DNA of 64,000 nt from a virus, in IMG/VR virus record IMGVR_UViG_3300050016_000168, positions 2,432-66,431 of that record; one strand, given 5' to 3'. Position 1 is the stretch's first letter. Each line of letters opens with the position of its first letter. The position numbers and the translations under genes were made by a program. The notes under the pieces are model-generated. The model had not been told where the DNA came from. It did not search any database and saw only the letters and a list, made by a program, of their open reading frames with translations. Positions 1-9,423 of the stretch are shown here, one piece after another.

Positions 1-25
1 CCGTGCCGATGCCATCGGCACCGTA

Positions 26-301
26 GTGGCCGAAGTCCCCGCCGCCGAAAAGGGCGCCCACAACGACTTCGAGGACGCTCTGATTTTGGAGTTTGAGGAC
101 GAAACGCGAGCCGTGGGGACTGACGGCGAACTTGTCAAGGGAACTCACACACGGCGTGTCTCCTTCGCGGTCAACCTGTTCTCTGCCGATCCGGCAATGC
201 GTGAGATGGCCGAGCAGATGCAGAGCCACCTTAAGGGCGACGGCAACATTGCCGCTGACCCCACGTACAACGACGGTCCACTGTTTGAGGTGGTGAAGTG
301 A
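26..301 (+). CDS. Hypothetical protein, possibly 5'-truncated by the window edge
   Basis: ORF whose stop overlaps the next start (GTGA); lies in the tail operon. Confidence 0.5.
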   Translation: MAEVPAAEKGAHNDFEDALILEFEDETRAVGTDGELVKGTHTRRVSFAVNLFSADPAMREMAEQMQSHLKGDGNIAADPTYNDGPLFEVVK

Positions 302-852
302 TAGGAGGCCGAGGCCGCTGGGTCACGGTGGGCGGTGTGCGCATCAATCGCGCCAAACTCACCCGTGACCAACGCATTCGCCTCGCGCTTCTACGCATGG
401 TGTTGGCTCCTCTTGCTCTTATGGGGTTTTTTATGACGGGCCAGTTTTCGCGCGTAGGCGGTGGCTTCGCGCTCGACATAGTTACCGGTCGCGCAGCAGG
501 CCCCGGTGCCCGCACCATGTACCTTGCGCTCATCGCCTCGGGCAGCGCCCCGACTGACGCCACGACCAACGCGACGATGGTCGAGATTTCAGAGACAGGG
601 TACGCCCGCCAGGCGATGGCCATGACTGCGCCGACAGCGGCCACACCACCGAGCACGAACAACACGTCGCTCCTGACCTTCGGACCGGTGAGCGGCACCA
701 TGACCACCGTCACCTATGCCGCATTGGTGTCGAGCGCATCAGGCACCACAGGCGACTTCGTTGCCTTCTGGACGCTGACCACAGCGCGCACCCCGGTCTC
801 GGGTGACTCGTTGCAGGCGGCTATCGCCGCATTTTCCCTAACCGACGAGTGA
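298..852 (+). CDS. Minor tail / tail-fibre-associated protein with a 45-aa basic N-terminal extension
   Basis: YLAL...EIS..GYARQ and FWTLTTARTPVSGDSL motifs typical of small phage tail proteins; alternative ATG at 433. Confidence 0.7.
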   Translation: MIGGRGRWVTVGGVRINRAKLTRDQRIRLALLRMVLAPLALMGFFMTGQFSRVGGGFALDIVTGRAAGPGARTMYLALIASGSAPTDATTNATMVEISETGYARQAMAMTAPTAATPPSTNNTSLLTFGPVSGTMTTVTYAALVSSASGTTGDFVAFWTLTTARTPVSGDSLQAAIAAFSLTDE

Positions 853-855
853 TAT

Positions 856-2772
856 GTGGAGTCAAGGCGTAGCGCACTAGCAATCGCCTGGCAGCCCGCG
901 CCAGATGCGTGGGAACCGTCGCCCGAGCCCAATCGTCGTCGGCGTTACACACCACTCTGGACGCCGCGCATCATTCCGGGCTTTCTCAATGCCATCGCGT
1001 TGGTCGGCTCGCGTGGCGCGGCGGTGCAAGCAGCCTCAGGTGTCGCGCTCACCACGTGGGCATATGGCCAGACTCCGACCGCAGGCAACACCCTGGTCGC
1101 TACCGTCACGGTGACAGGCTCGGCGACATTGCCCACCACGCCCAGCGGGTGGAGCATCGGCAAGCAGGTGGCGGGCACCTCCACGTCTGCGACCGTCTAT
1201 TACAAAGTGGCGGCGGGCAGCGACGGGGTGCCCACCATCGCAGCCATCACCTCGGGTCTGATCGCGGGTCAGCTGTCTGAGTATTCAGGCGTCGGGCTGA
1301 TCGACCAATCAGGTTCAGCAACCAGCACGAGCAGCCCTGTCACCGCTACCGCTGGGGGCGCGAACGCCGCCACTGGCGAACTGCTGATCTGTGCAGGTGC
1401 CGACTGTCGATCTACGGCCAGAGCCAGTAACGACACATGGACGAGCAACGACGGGACGGTGACCTTGGCAGGGTCAAACAACGGCACCAGTAGCGTCAAC
1501 CATTACAGCTTCGGGGCCATCGTCGGCACAACAGCAACGACGGCACAGACGTCAGTGATGACGCTCTCGATCACCACCAGCATCACCGGCCTGGCGGTGG
1601 TCAATGTCAGTTTCAAGCTGGGCGCGACCACATGGGCGATCGCGGCTGCGGGTGCAGCGGTTGCAAGTGGAACGGGCGCTCTCATCTCTACCGAAGTCAT
1701 CGCTGGTGCGGGTGGTGCAGTGTCAGGCGGCTCGGGCAGTCTCGGTGTGTTCGATCCCATTGCCGCTGCCGGCGTGGCTGCCTCAAGCGGTGTGGGTGCG
1801 CTCACCAATGCTGATGCCATCTTTGGTGTTGGTGCGGCGACGGCAGGCGGCACGGCCGACATCGAGGAGTTCAATCCCATCGCCGCAACTGGTGCGGCTA
1901 CGTCAACGGGCACAGCTGCGCTCATTGCACTCGATGTCATGGCAGGCACGGGCGCGGCGACAGCTGGAGGTGTTGGCGCACTCATCGCCACCGACATGCT
2001 GGCCGCCACGGGCGCAGCTGTGGCCACCGGCACAGGCGCGCTCAAATCCACGGAGGTGATGGCCGGTACAGGCGCGGCCAGCGCCGCTGGTACTGCTGCA
2101 CTGATCGCCTTGGATGTGATGACGGCTGCGGGGAGCGCAGTGGCCACTGGCAGCGGCGACATCACCATTGCAGGAGTAGGTCCGACCACATGGGCCATCG
2201 CCGCCGCGGGAGCGGCTACAGCAGCGGGCACGGGCGCCATCACCACCAGTCAAGAGCTTGATGCTGCTGGTGGGGCTACAGCGGGTGGCGTGGGGGCTTT
2301 GAAGTCAACTGAGGCACTGGCGGGAACAGGCGCTTCTACAGCCGCAGGTTCGGCTTCTCTTGCCGTCCTGATGATGGTGGCCGGAGCAGCTGCTGCACAG
2401 GCCGGTGGATCAGGGTCGCTGACGTTGATCCTAACCCTCGCTGCCTCAGGTGCAGCGCAAGCCGGAGGTCTCGGAGATCTGCTTCCACCATCGATCGTAA
2501 TTCCCCTATACGTGATCGTCCATGCCTTCTCTCGAGACGGCAAGATCAGTGCGAATGCTCAAGGAGGCGCTTACCACTACGTCATCGGGACATATGGAAG
2601 CTACGCGAACACCACTTATGCCGGCTCCGACTTCGTTGGTGGCTCACAAATAACCGCCGCAGCTGTCGAGACCGCAGCTCAATCTCGAGATGGTAGAGTT
2701 CGAGCAGGTTCACGCGATGGCGTGGCTCCAGCTCAGTCCAGAAGCGGGAAAGTTCCAGCGGGAGTTGATTGA
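856..2772 (+). CDS. Ala/Gly-rich minor tail (fibre) protein with 20-aa repeats
   Basis: Thr/Gly/Ala-rich beta domain followed by about 14 degenerate 20-aa repeats. Confidence 0.75.
   Translation: MESRRSALAIAWQPAPDAWEPSPEPNRRRRYTPLWTPRIIPGFLNAIALVGSRGAAVQAASGVALTTWAYGQTPTAGNTLVATVTVTGSATLPTTPSGWSIGKQVAGTSTSATVYYKVAAGSDGVPTIAAITSGLIAGQLSEYSGVGLIDQSGSATSTSSPVTATAGGANAATGELLICAGADCRSTARASNDTWTSNDGTVTLAGSNNGTSSVNHYSFGAIVGTTATTAQTSVMTLSITTSITGLAVVNVSFKLGATTWAIAAAGAAVASGTGALISTEVIAGAGGAVSGGSGSLGVFDPIAAAGVAASSGVGALTNADAIFGVGAATAGGTADIEEFNPIAATGAATSTGTAALIALDVMAGTGAATAGGVGALIATDMLAATGAAVATGTGALKSTEVMAGTGAASAAGTAALIALDVMTAAGSAVATGSGDITIAGVGPTTWAIAAAGAATAAGTGAITTSQELDAAGGATAGGVGALKSTEALAGTGASTAAGSASLAVLMMVAGAAAAQAGGSGSLTLILTLAASGAAQAGGLGDLLPPSIVIPLYVIVHAFSRDGKISANAQGGAYHYVIGTYGSYANTTYAGSDFVGGSQITAAAVETAAQSRDGRVRAGSRDGVAPAQSRSGKVPAGVD
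1630..2480 (+). repeat. Degenerate 60-bp (20-aa) coding tandem repeat
   Basis: Units such as LIALDVMAGTGAATAGGVGA and LKSTEVMAGTGAASAAGTAA start at 1921, 1981, 2041, 2101. Confidence 0.8.
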
Positions 2773-2775
2773 TAA

Positions 2776-3093
2776 GTGCCGATCTCACCGTGGGTGGTAG
2801 GCCAGACGCATCCGACCTGGCAGATCCCCTGGACCAACGAGAGCGGCCCTGTCGACCTCACCGGCGCCACTGTCACGCTGTGGATCTTCACTCGAGAAGG
2901 AGCCTCGGTTCAGGGCGCCGGCGTCTGCACCGTGATCGGCAACCCGACGCTGGGCATCGTCACCTATGCGCCAGTAGTGGCTGACAGCTCAAAGGCGGGG
3001 AGCTTCTGGGTTGCTCTCAAAGCCGTCTACGGAGACGGCTCTGTGCTCTGGCAGCAGCCGGCAGATTCGTGGACAATTACGACACTGCCATGA
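2776..3093 (+). CDS. BppU N-terminal-like baseplate/tail protein
   Basis: PVDLTGATVTL...GIVTYAP..AD...AG pattern. Confidence 0.65.
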   Translation: MPISPWVVGQTHPTWQIPWTNESGPVDLTGATVTLWIFTREGASVQGAGVCTVIGNPTLGIVTYAPVVADSSKAGSFWVALKAVYGDGSVLWQQPADSWTITTLP

Positions 3094-3488
3094 GCACCTA
3101 TGGAAGCTTCGCTGGCGATGTTTACGCTGGTTCTGTCTACACCGGGCAGATGTTTGCCCTGGCGACCTCCTTTGCCATCCTCAGTGCCCTTTCTGCCCCG
3201 GGGTGGAGCATTGACTCGGTCAGCTACGGGCTGGCTCTGCTGGCTTATCAGTCGGAAGACACCCCAACCGCAGCGCTCTTCGGGTTCTCCGAGGCACCTG
3301 GAGGGGCGCCTTCGCAGTGGCTGGCTGCAACCCTCGGCATTTACGCCGGCCTCCCTAACGTCGCGACGATGAACGTCGGCAACGGTGGAGTGTTCGCTCC
3401 GGCCCGAGGTGACTACTGGTTCTGGGTCTGGTTGAGCGGTGGAGCTATCAATTCTCCGTATCTGGTCGGAAGCTTGGCAGCCAGCTGA
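3090..3488 (+). CDS. Hypothetical tail-region protein
   Basis: ATGA coupling at 3090; stop overlaps next start. Confidence 0.6.
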   Translation: MSTYGSFAGDVYAGSVYTGQMFALATSFAILSALSAPGWSIDSVSYGLALLAYQSEDTPTAALFGFSEAPGGAPSQWLAATLGIYAGLPNVATMNVGNGGVFAPARGDYWFWVWLSGGAINSPYLVGSLAAS

Positions 3489-5842
3489 TGGCACGCCTCA
3501 GGTACAACAACCAGCAGGGGATCCTTGGCGCTCAACTGCTCAGCGGCGGAACGACCATCACCTTTCAGAGTGTCCCAAGCTTCGCCACTCTTGTCGCTCC
3601 CGACTACATCGTGCTGGTCCTGGAGCCGGGAACGCTCAATGAGGAGGTTGTCCATCTCACCGCCTACACTAGCGGGCAACTCACCGGAACCGTAGCCAGA
3701 AGCCAGGAAGGTTCCCCCTCGAGCTTGACTCACGCTTTCTCCACGACTTGGCAGCATGGGCCGACTTCTAGTGACTTCTGGACTCGCAACGTCACCGTTC
3801 AGACCGCTGCCTACACAGCCAAAGATGGCGATGTGGTGCTGGCCAACGCGACCAGCGGCGCGATCGCCCTCACCCTGCCCGCAGTTGCCGCCAATATCCA
3901 AGTCATCGTCAAGAAGACGGACAACTCAGCCAACAAAGTCACGGTATCGCCGCAGTCAGGCACCATCGACGGAGCCGCCACTTTCACCATCTGGGGTCAA
4001 TACCACTCCATCACCTTCGTCTCGGACGGCACCAACTGGTTCGTAACCGAGACGCGGATCATGGACGGCAACGGCAACGTCGCAGCCGGGTCATTTAGTG
4101 CGTCTGTTGGCCCTTATACTCCAGATCCGAACCTCCCCAATGGCGTCGGAACGAGTGCTCTTCTCTATGACAAAGGTGCCCATCACACCGACTGGCGAAC
4201 AGCCTACGGCATCAAGATGGACGGGTTCCCGATTGCGGCCACGATTAACAACGGTTCACCGAACCTCGCGATCGGCTCCCCCTACTTCACCTCAACCGCC
4301 GTTGACGCCGGAAAGCTCGTCAAAATCGTGGGTGCGGGGGTTGCCGCCGCAGACTTCAAGGCTAGGGTACTGACCGTCACCGACAGCACCCACTGCGTGC
4401 TCGATACTAACGCCAGCACTTCTGTGGTCGCTGCCTTCTCCGTCGTGGGGACCGACAACACAACCGCCGTGAATAACGCCCTTCTCGACTACAAGAATTG
4501 GGCCGATTTATTCACTGGCCCCGGTCTCTGCTTGGTCAATGGAACACTAACCCCTACCTTCGATTTCTTTGCTGCTGGCAAGGGATGGCTCGGAAGTGGA
4601 ATAACCCCGGCGCGGATGCGGTCCGCTGGCGATACGGCCAGCGCTGCCTGGAACGGCACGTACATCATGCAATTGGCTGACGCGGTGCCTTTGGTCAAGA
4701 CAAACTCCACGGACACTACGATTCAGCGCTGCCGATTTCCGGTTGGCATTTCTTTCGGCTATTTCACGCCACAAACCAACGCCGCTAGCGTGGGCTGGCT
4801 TTGGAGTGGACTTGCGAACACGTCCTACTTTGGATGGACTTGGGGGCCGGTCACCTTTGATAACTGCTACACCGTAGTAAGTGTCGACCAGGGCCCCGGT
4901 GGGATCAGTGCCTGGAACCAGACCTGTTGGCTAATGGCGGGCGCAACCAAGCACCGGGTTATCGACTTTCTTTCCACCAACGTCATCAACCGCTTCGACT
5001 ATCTGGGCATCTTCAACCAAAGCGGGGCCAATGGCCACGGCGCGGTGATCCCGGACGACGCGGCCATAAACCTAAGCTCAAACGAACTCTTAATCGAGAT
5101 GTTCGACATTGAAGGCTGGTACAACCGGATTCTTGTCGCTAGCGGCACCGGAGCGGTGCATATCAAGACCGCCCACGTCGAGCACCACGTTTGGACGGGC
5201 GCTATTAACTTCGGCAGCGTTTTCGACTTCGCCAACGCGCCTTCAGAGATTGAGGACATCGTCATCTCGGGCAATTGCGATGCTACCTGTACGGGACCGG
5301 TCAACTGCTTCCACTCTCAAGCCGCTGCCCAGGTACTCGTTCGAGGTGTCACCTTCGCCGTGGTGCAGGCCAATGCGGGAGTCTTTTATGTCGCCTATGC
5401 CAGCCTTGGCACCCAGATCACCGTGCAGCAACTCTTCGACATCTTCGCTGGCGGGGCCAATGCCACCATCATCGTGCCCTGGGATGCCCCAGCTCTCAAC
5501 CAGTTTGTCTACAGCCCAGGGCGCGGGGCCAAACAGGCCCCTGCTTTCAACGCTGCCCCGGCCCCCGACCCCACCCAGGGAGAAACCTACGAAATGGCCG
5601 CCCTCACCGGGGCCGTAAATGTGGCCAATCCAATCAACTCGGTGCGCGGCATGAAGCTGCGAATGTACTGGAAACAAGACGGGGCAGGAGGTCATGCGGT
5701 CGCCTACACAGGAGCCAACTGGCGTTCGGTTGGGATCGCCGCCCAGACGACCACGCTCAGCACCTACACCATCGATGAGGCGGAATGCGTCGACGGCACG
5801 ATCTGGCGTGTCGTGCGTCTTGTTACCGGTCAGACCGTCTAA
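3488..5842 (+). CDS. Tail fibre / tailspike receptor-binding protein
   Basis: LTLPA...IVKK.D...TIDG fibre module, GTDNTTAVNNAL beta-helix cap, C-terminal KQDGAGGH module. Confidence 0.75.
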   Translation: MARLRYNNQQGILGAQLLSGGTTITFQSVPSFATLVAPDYIVLVLEPGTLNEEVVHLTAYTSGQLTGTVARSQEGSPSSLTHAFSTTWQHGPTSSDFWTRNVTVQTAAYTAKDGDVVLANATSGAIALTLPAVAANIQVIVKKTDNSANKVTVSPQSGTIDGAATFTIWGQYHSITFVSDGTNWFVTETRIMDGNGNVAAGSFSASVGPYTPDPNLPNGVGTSALLYDKGAHHTDWRTAYGIKMDGFPIAATINNGSPNLAIGSPYFTSTAVDAGKLVKIVGAGVAAADFKARVLTVTDSTHCVLDTNASTSVVAAFSVVGTDNTTAVNNALLDYKNWADLFTGPGLCLVNGTLTPTFDFFAAGKGWLGSGITPARMRSAGDTASAAWNGTYIMQLADAVPLVKTNSTDTTIQRCRFPVGISFGYFTPQTNAASVGWLWSGLANTSYFGWTWGPVTFDNCYTVVSVDQGPGGISAWNQTCWLMAGATKHRVIDFLSTNVINRFDYLGIFNQSGANGHGAVIPDDAAINLSSNELLIEMFDIEGWYNRILVASGTGAVHIKTAHVEHHVWTGAINFGSVFDFANAPSEIEDIVISGNCDATCTGPVNCFHSQAAAQVLVRGVTFAVVQANAGVFYVAYASLGTQITVQQLFDIFAGGANATIIVPWDAPALNQFVYSPGRGAKQAPAFNAAPAPDPTQGETYEMAALTGAVNVANPINSVRGMKLRMYWKQDGAGGHAVAYTGANWRSVGIAAQTTTLSTYTIDEAECVDGTIWRVVRLVTGQTV

Positions 5843-5959
5843 TGAAAACTGCACTCTAATTGACCACATACTGCGACCCGAATTTCACACATAAGCCAAC
5901 TAGCCTCCAGCAACAACCGACGGACAAGTAGACAATTACGGCAATTTCCTAAGGAGGGA

Positions 5960-6832
5960 TTGATGAGCAACGAAGAGAAGACAGACAGGAAGACCCCCGA
6001 CACCGACCTCGAGAAGGCCAAGGCGGCTCAAGCCAAGAAGGAGCAGGCGGCGCTCGAGAAGCTGGAGAACGAGCCCATCCCAGGCAAGCGCTTGGGCCGG
6101 TTGCCGACTCCGCCGGCGATGCTCAAGAAGAACCTTCAGATGGCCCGCTACCTGCCATCAATCCTTCCGGCCGTACCAGCGCTGCCGATCGACGTGACCG
6201 ACGGTGTTCACGACTGGCCTATGTATCTCAACGACCATCTGGGAGACTGCGCCTGCGCGGCTCCTGCGCACATGGAGGAGATCTTCGCGGCCGACACCGG
6301 CGTGATGCGGATCCCGACCGACGCTGACGTCCTGGCGCTCTACGAGCTTCAGGGCTACAACCCCGCCGACCCATCAACCGACCAGGGCTCATCGATGGGG
6401 AACGTGCTGATCGACTGGCGCACCCAGTGGTCGGCCTCCGGCGTCTACGCCTACTGCCAGGTCGACCAGACCAACGAAGACCATCTCAAGCTCGCAATCT
6501 GGCTCTTCCGCGGCCTCTACATCGGCATCGCTCTGCCTCTCACAGCGCAGGGCCAGCAGATCTGGGACGTCGTGCCAGACGTTCCCGGCCGCAACGAGCC
6601 CGGATCGTGGGGCGGCCACGCGGTCAACGTGGTGTCCATCAACTCGGATGAGTCACGCGACGTCATCACCTGGGGCCAGCGCCTCAAGATGACCAAGGCG
6701 TTTTGGGACGTTTATGTTGACGAGGTCTACTGCGTGGTTACGAAAGATCTGCAATCCAGTGCTAAGCTGGCCGCCAATGGGCTGGATGTAGATCAGCTCG
6801 AGGCAGACATGGCGGAAATCGGTAGCGCGTAA
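5960..6832 (+). CDS. Papain/C39-like cysteine peptidase
   Basis: NDHLGDCACAA (Cys), WGGHAV (His), ITWG; SD AAGGAGG upstream. Confidence 0.7.
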   Translation: MMSNEEKTDRKTPDTDLEKAKAAQAKKEQAALEKLENEPIPGKRLGRLPTPPAMLKKNLQMARYLPSILPAVPALPIDVTDGVHDWPMYLNDHLGDCACAAPAHMEEIFAADTGVMRIPTDADVLALYELQGYNPADPSTDQGSSMGNVLIDWRTQWSASGVYAYCQVDQTNEDHLKLAIWLFRGLYIGIALPLTAQGQQIWDVVPDVPGRNEPGSWGGHAVNVVSINSDESRDVITWGQRLKMTKAFWDVYVDEVYCVVTKDLQSSAKLAANGLDVDQLEADMAEIGSA

Positions 6833-6842
6833 AGGAGGACTC

Positions 6843-7286
6843 ATGAAAGTCTCGGATATCAACGGACAGCTCGTCTCGCTGGTGACAGCGGCAATCTCTG
6901 CAGTGGTCGCCTTCCTGACGGCGTTCCACGTCTTGCACCTGACCGCGGCTGAGAGCAATGCTCTCCTGCCCGTGGCCATAGGTGCTATCGGCATCGGCGT
7001 CTATGCCTACGGCCTGATCCACAGCTGGGCGACCGCGAGCTACAGCCAAGCTCAGGTGACCACGCTACTCACCGCTTTCGTTGCCGCCCTCATGGCATTG
7101 GCCTCGGCTTTCGGCCTGTTCAACTTCGATGCTGAGCAGCAAGCGGCAGTGCTCGGAGTCACCGGCGGTATGGCTTTCATCGGTGGCATCCTCTTCAGCT
7201 ATCTCCACGCCGCACACCAAGTGGCCTTGGTCAAACTGCAGATCTCCAAGCAACAGGCATCATTCGCACAACCAAGGAGAGCGTAG
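6843..7286 (+). CDS. Holin-like membrane protein (4 TM, internally duplicated)
   Basis: Four hydrophobic segments; halves share LT/FD-A-E/Q motifs; strong SD. Confidence 0.65.
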   Translation: MKVSDINGQLVSLVTAAISAVVAFLTAFHVLHLTAAESNALLPVAIGAIGIGVYAYGLIHSWATASYSQAQVTTLLTAFVAALMALASAFGLFNFDAEQQAAVLGVTGGMAFIGGILFSYLHAAHQVALVKLQISKQQASFAQPRRA

Positions 7287-7418
7287 ATGGGCTTCTTCGA
7301 GGCCAACGCTGGTGTGTTCTTCGCTGCCGTCCTGATCGTCGGTGCCCTCGGTGGAGCGGTCGGCCGCAAGGTCGAAGCCTGGCTCGAGAGTTGGCGTGAG
7401 AACCGCGTTCGTGGATGA
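7287..7418 (+). CDS. 43-aa single-TM protein (not in ORF track)
   Basis: MGFFEANAGVFFAAVLIVGALGGAVGRKVEAWLESWRENRVRG; SD AAGGAG. Confidence 0.65.
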   Translation: MGFFEANAGVFFAAVLIVGALGGAVGRKVEAWLESWRENRVRG

Positions 7419-7983
7419 AGGCCTTGTAACTGCTCCTGGCGTATATCGCTGGGCGGTCAAGACCGTCAGTGACGACGCAGCCGACGCGTTGAAATCGGCG
7501 GTCCCGACCGATGCCAAGATCGCCGACCTGATCGCCCTTCCCGCGCCCCATGTCACGCTCGGCTTGGCCCGTCAGCCGGGAGCCGAAAGTTCAGTCTTCC
7601 AGCTCACAGCAACACTGGTCGCATTCAAGCCGGAAGCAGACCAGGACTATCACCTTGTCATCCACGACGACGCGGGAAACTCGATGATCGTTGAGATTCC
7701 GGATCCGTCGATCCTGACCCCCTCTTGCCGCTTCGCGGCTGAGATCACCGCCGCGCGCCAAGCTTTTGACTCCCAGTTCGGGCTCCAGATGAAGCAGCTC
7801 CAGGCAGCCATGGCGCTGATGACGGCCCAACCGGGCCAGAAGCCCCCGCCGCTGATGATCACGAACGTGAACGTGCCCGTCCGAGTGATCGGCGTCGGCT
7901 ACTTCGATGAGATCCACGGCCAGACCGGTGTGGCTCCTAATGGCCTCGAGCTGCACCCTATCCTGAGCATCGAGTTTCCCTGA
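7411..7983 (+). CDS. Conserved hypothetical protein, OB-fold-like
   Basis: RWAVKT...DQDYHLVI...IVEIPDP...GVGYFD..HGQTGVAPN.LELHP; GTG start overlapping previous gene. Confidence 0.6.
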   Translation: MDEGLVTAPGVYRWAVKTVSDDAADALKSAVPTDAKIADLIALPAPHVTLGLARQPGAESSVFQLTATLVAFKPEADQDYHLVIHDDAGNSMIVEIPDPSILTPSCRFAAEITAARQAFDSQFGLQMKQLQAAMALMTAQPGQKPPPLMITNVNVPVRVIGVGYFDEIHGQTGVAPNGLELHPILSIEFP

Positions 7984-8025
7984 GGGGAGCAGACCAACGC
8001 CGGTTCGGCGTTCGATTGATGTGTA

Positions 8026-8069
8026 AGGAGCCGCCCTAGATTGACCGTCTGGGGCGGTTCCTACCTTTT
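8026..8069. terminator. Hairpin terminator between convergent late and early operons
   Basis: AGGAGCCGCCCTAGA-7nt-TCTGGGGCGGTTCCT followed by ACCTTTT. Confidence 0.7.
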
Positions 8070-8110
8070 GAGGCCCTACGAGCCTCGCCACGGCGAGCAG
8101 GACTCCTAGC

Positions 8111-8455
8111 TCAAGCTTGGGCTTTTCCTGCCGCAACGCCAGCGGTGGCTCGCAGACGAGGCCTTTTCGCCTCTCTATCAGCTTTCCCGTTGGATGATTG
8201 GGAGCGCTCAAGCAGGACGTCGTCCCACGGACGGCTAAGATCGACCGGCTTGAGGCCGGAAGGCACAGCACCACGGTCCTTGGCTCGGAGCACGGCCAGG
8301 ATCTCCCCGGCCTTGTCCGCCGGCAGGATCCGGTCCCCCTTCTCCCAGTGACTGATCTCGGTCTGGGACTTGCCGATCGCCAGCGCGAGGTCCATCTGAG
8401 TCAGCCCCACCTTCTGGCGGAGGACGGTCAGGGTGAGGATCTGGTGCTTCTCCAT
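8111..8455 (-). CDS. XRE-family helix-turn-helix protein
   Basis: LRQKVGLTQMDLALAIGKSQTEISHWEKG. Confidence 0.9.
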   Translation of the reverse strand: MEKHQILTLTVLRQKVGLTQMDLALAIGKSQTEISHWEKGDRILPADKAGEILAVLRAKDRGAVPSGLKPVDLSRPWDDVLLERSQSSNGKADREAKRPRLRATAGVAAGKAQA

Positions 8456-8652
8456 CAGAAGGTCGCCTGCAGTGGCCGTGCGTCGTCTACGTCGTAGTCG
8501 ACCCTGGCCAGCACGACGCCGTCTGGAGCGGTGTTGAGGGACATCTTGGCGTCATCCGGCACCCCCTGGAGCTTCAGTTCCTCCACGTAGGTGGAGAAGA
8601 CGAGGAAGGTGGCTGGGATGCGGTCAGGGCCGATCGTGACGTGGCGGATCAT
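8455..8652 (-). CDS. Hypothetical protein
   Basis: Translationally coupled on both sides. Confidence 0.6.
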   Translation of the reverse strand: MIRHVTIGPDRIPATFLVFSTYVEELKLQGVPDDAKMSLNTAPDGVVLARVDYDVDDARPLQATF

Positions 8653-8774
8653 TTGCCCTTTCCCTTCCGCCGCTTGGCGTTGCGGCCACCGGAGACACCG
8701 CCCTTCTTCTTGCGCGCAGCAGCGATCTCGTCGGCCCGGTTCACATAGCTGATCGTACCGAGCTTTCCACTCAT
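8649..8774 (-). CDS. 41-aa highly basic peptide (not in ORF track)
   Basis: MSGKLGTISYVNRADEIAAARKKKGGVSGGRNAKRRKGKGK; ATGA overlap; TAATCT 6 nt before ATG (leaderless). Confidence 0.6.
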   Translation of the reverse strand: MSGKLGTISYVNRADEIAAARKKKGGVSGGRNAKRRKGKGK

Positions 8775-8794
8775 GGGTACAGATTACCGCATTT

Positions 8795-9181
8795 TTATTC
8801 GGAGGGCAACTGGTGGGTGATCACTTTCACGGGAATCTCAGCCAGATGAGCCCTTCGAACCATGTCGGCGGTGCCACTGGAGTGCTCGAGGTCGTCATGG
8901 AAAGCAAGCACCAGGTCGATCTCTTCCTCATCCAGCATTTGCTGATTTCTGATCGGCCCCGCAGCAAAGCCGTAGATTTTCCACTTCGCAGGATATGGGT
9001 GAACGATGATGCCAACCTTCACGGCCCACTGCCGGCTCAGCTTATCTGCCCCGTCGGCCTCTCCCTCGACGAGGGTGATCAGCTCACCGTCACGACATGA
9101 TCGTCGAACCTTGTCGATCTCCCGAGCAATCAGCTCACGATCCTTCCAATGGCGATCGCCGCAGCAGAGCAGGATCACCAC
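8795..9181 (-). CDS. SLOG/YspA-like (DUF2493) protein
   Basis: CGDRHW, EGEADGAD, AAGPIRNQQM, GTADMV. Confidence 0.85.
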   Translation of the reverse strand: MVILLCCGDRHWKDRELIAREIDKVRRSCRDGELITLVEGEADGADKLSRQWAVKVGIIVHPYPAKWKIYGFAAGPIRNQQMLDEEEIDLVLAFHDDLEHSSGTADMVRRAHLAEIPVKVITHQLPSE

Positions 9182-9423
9182 CGTCTGCCGATCATGCGCG
9201 GTCTGAAGAAGGCGACTGGACTGTCTGAGTTTTTACATTCTTGGCAATCTGGCTGACGGCAGAGGTGGAAGTCGACACACTCGCAGCCCGGAGCTTCGCA
9301 GACCATGTAGCTTGGATCGATGTCCGGCCGATCACCCTCAGCTCCGTGCTCGAGGAGCGTGTGGCCACAACGGACACACTTAGCGTCGGTGATCGACGAC
9401 AGACCGATCACTATGGGTGCCAT
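9175..9423 (-). CDS. Cys-rich hypothetical protein
   Basis: CVRCGH...C...C.C..F Zn-binding pattern. Confidence 0.55.
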   Translation of the reverse strand: MAPIVIGLSSITDAKCVRCGHTLLEHGAEGDRPDIDPSYMVCEAPGCECVDFHLCRQPDCQECKNSDSPVAFFRPRMIGRRW

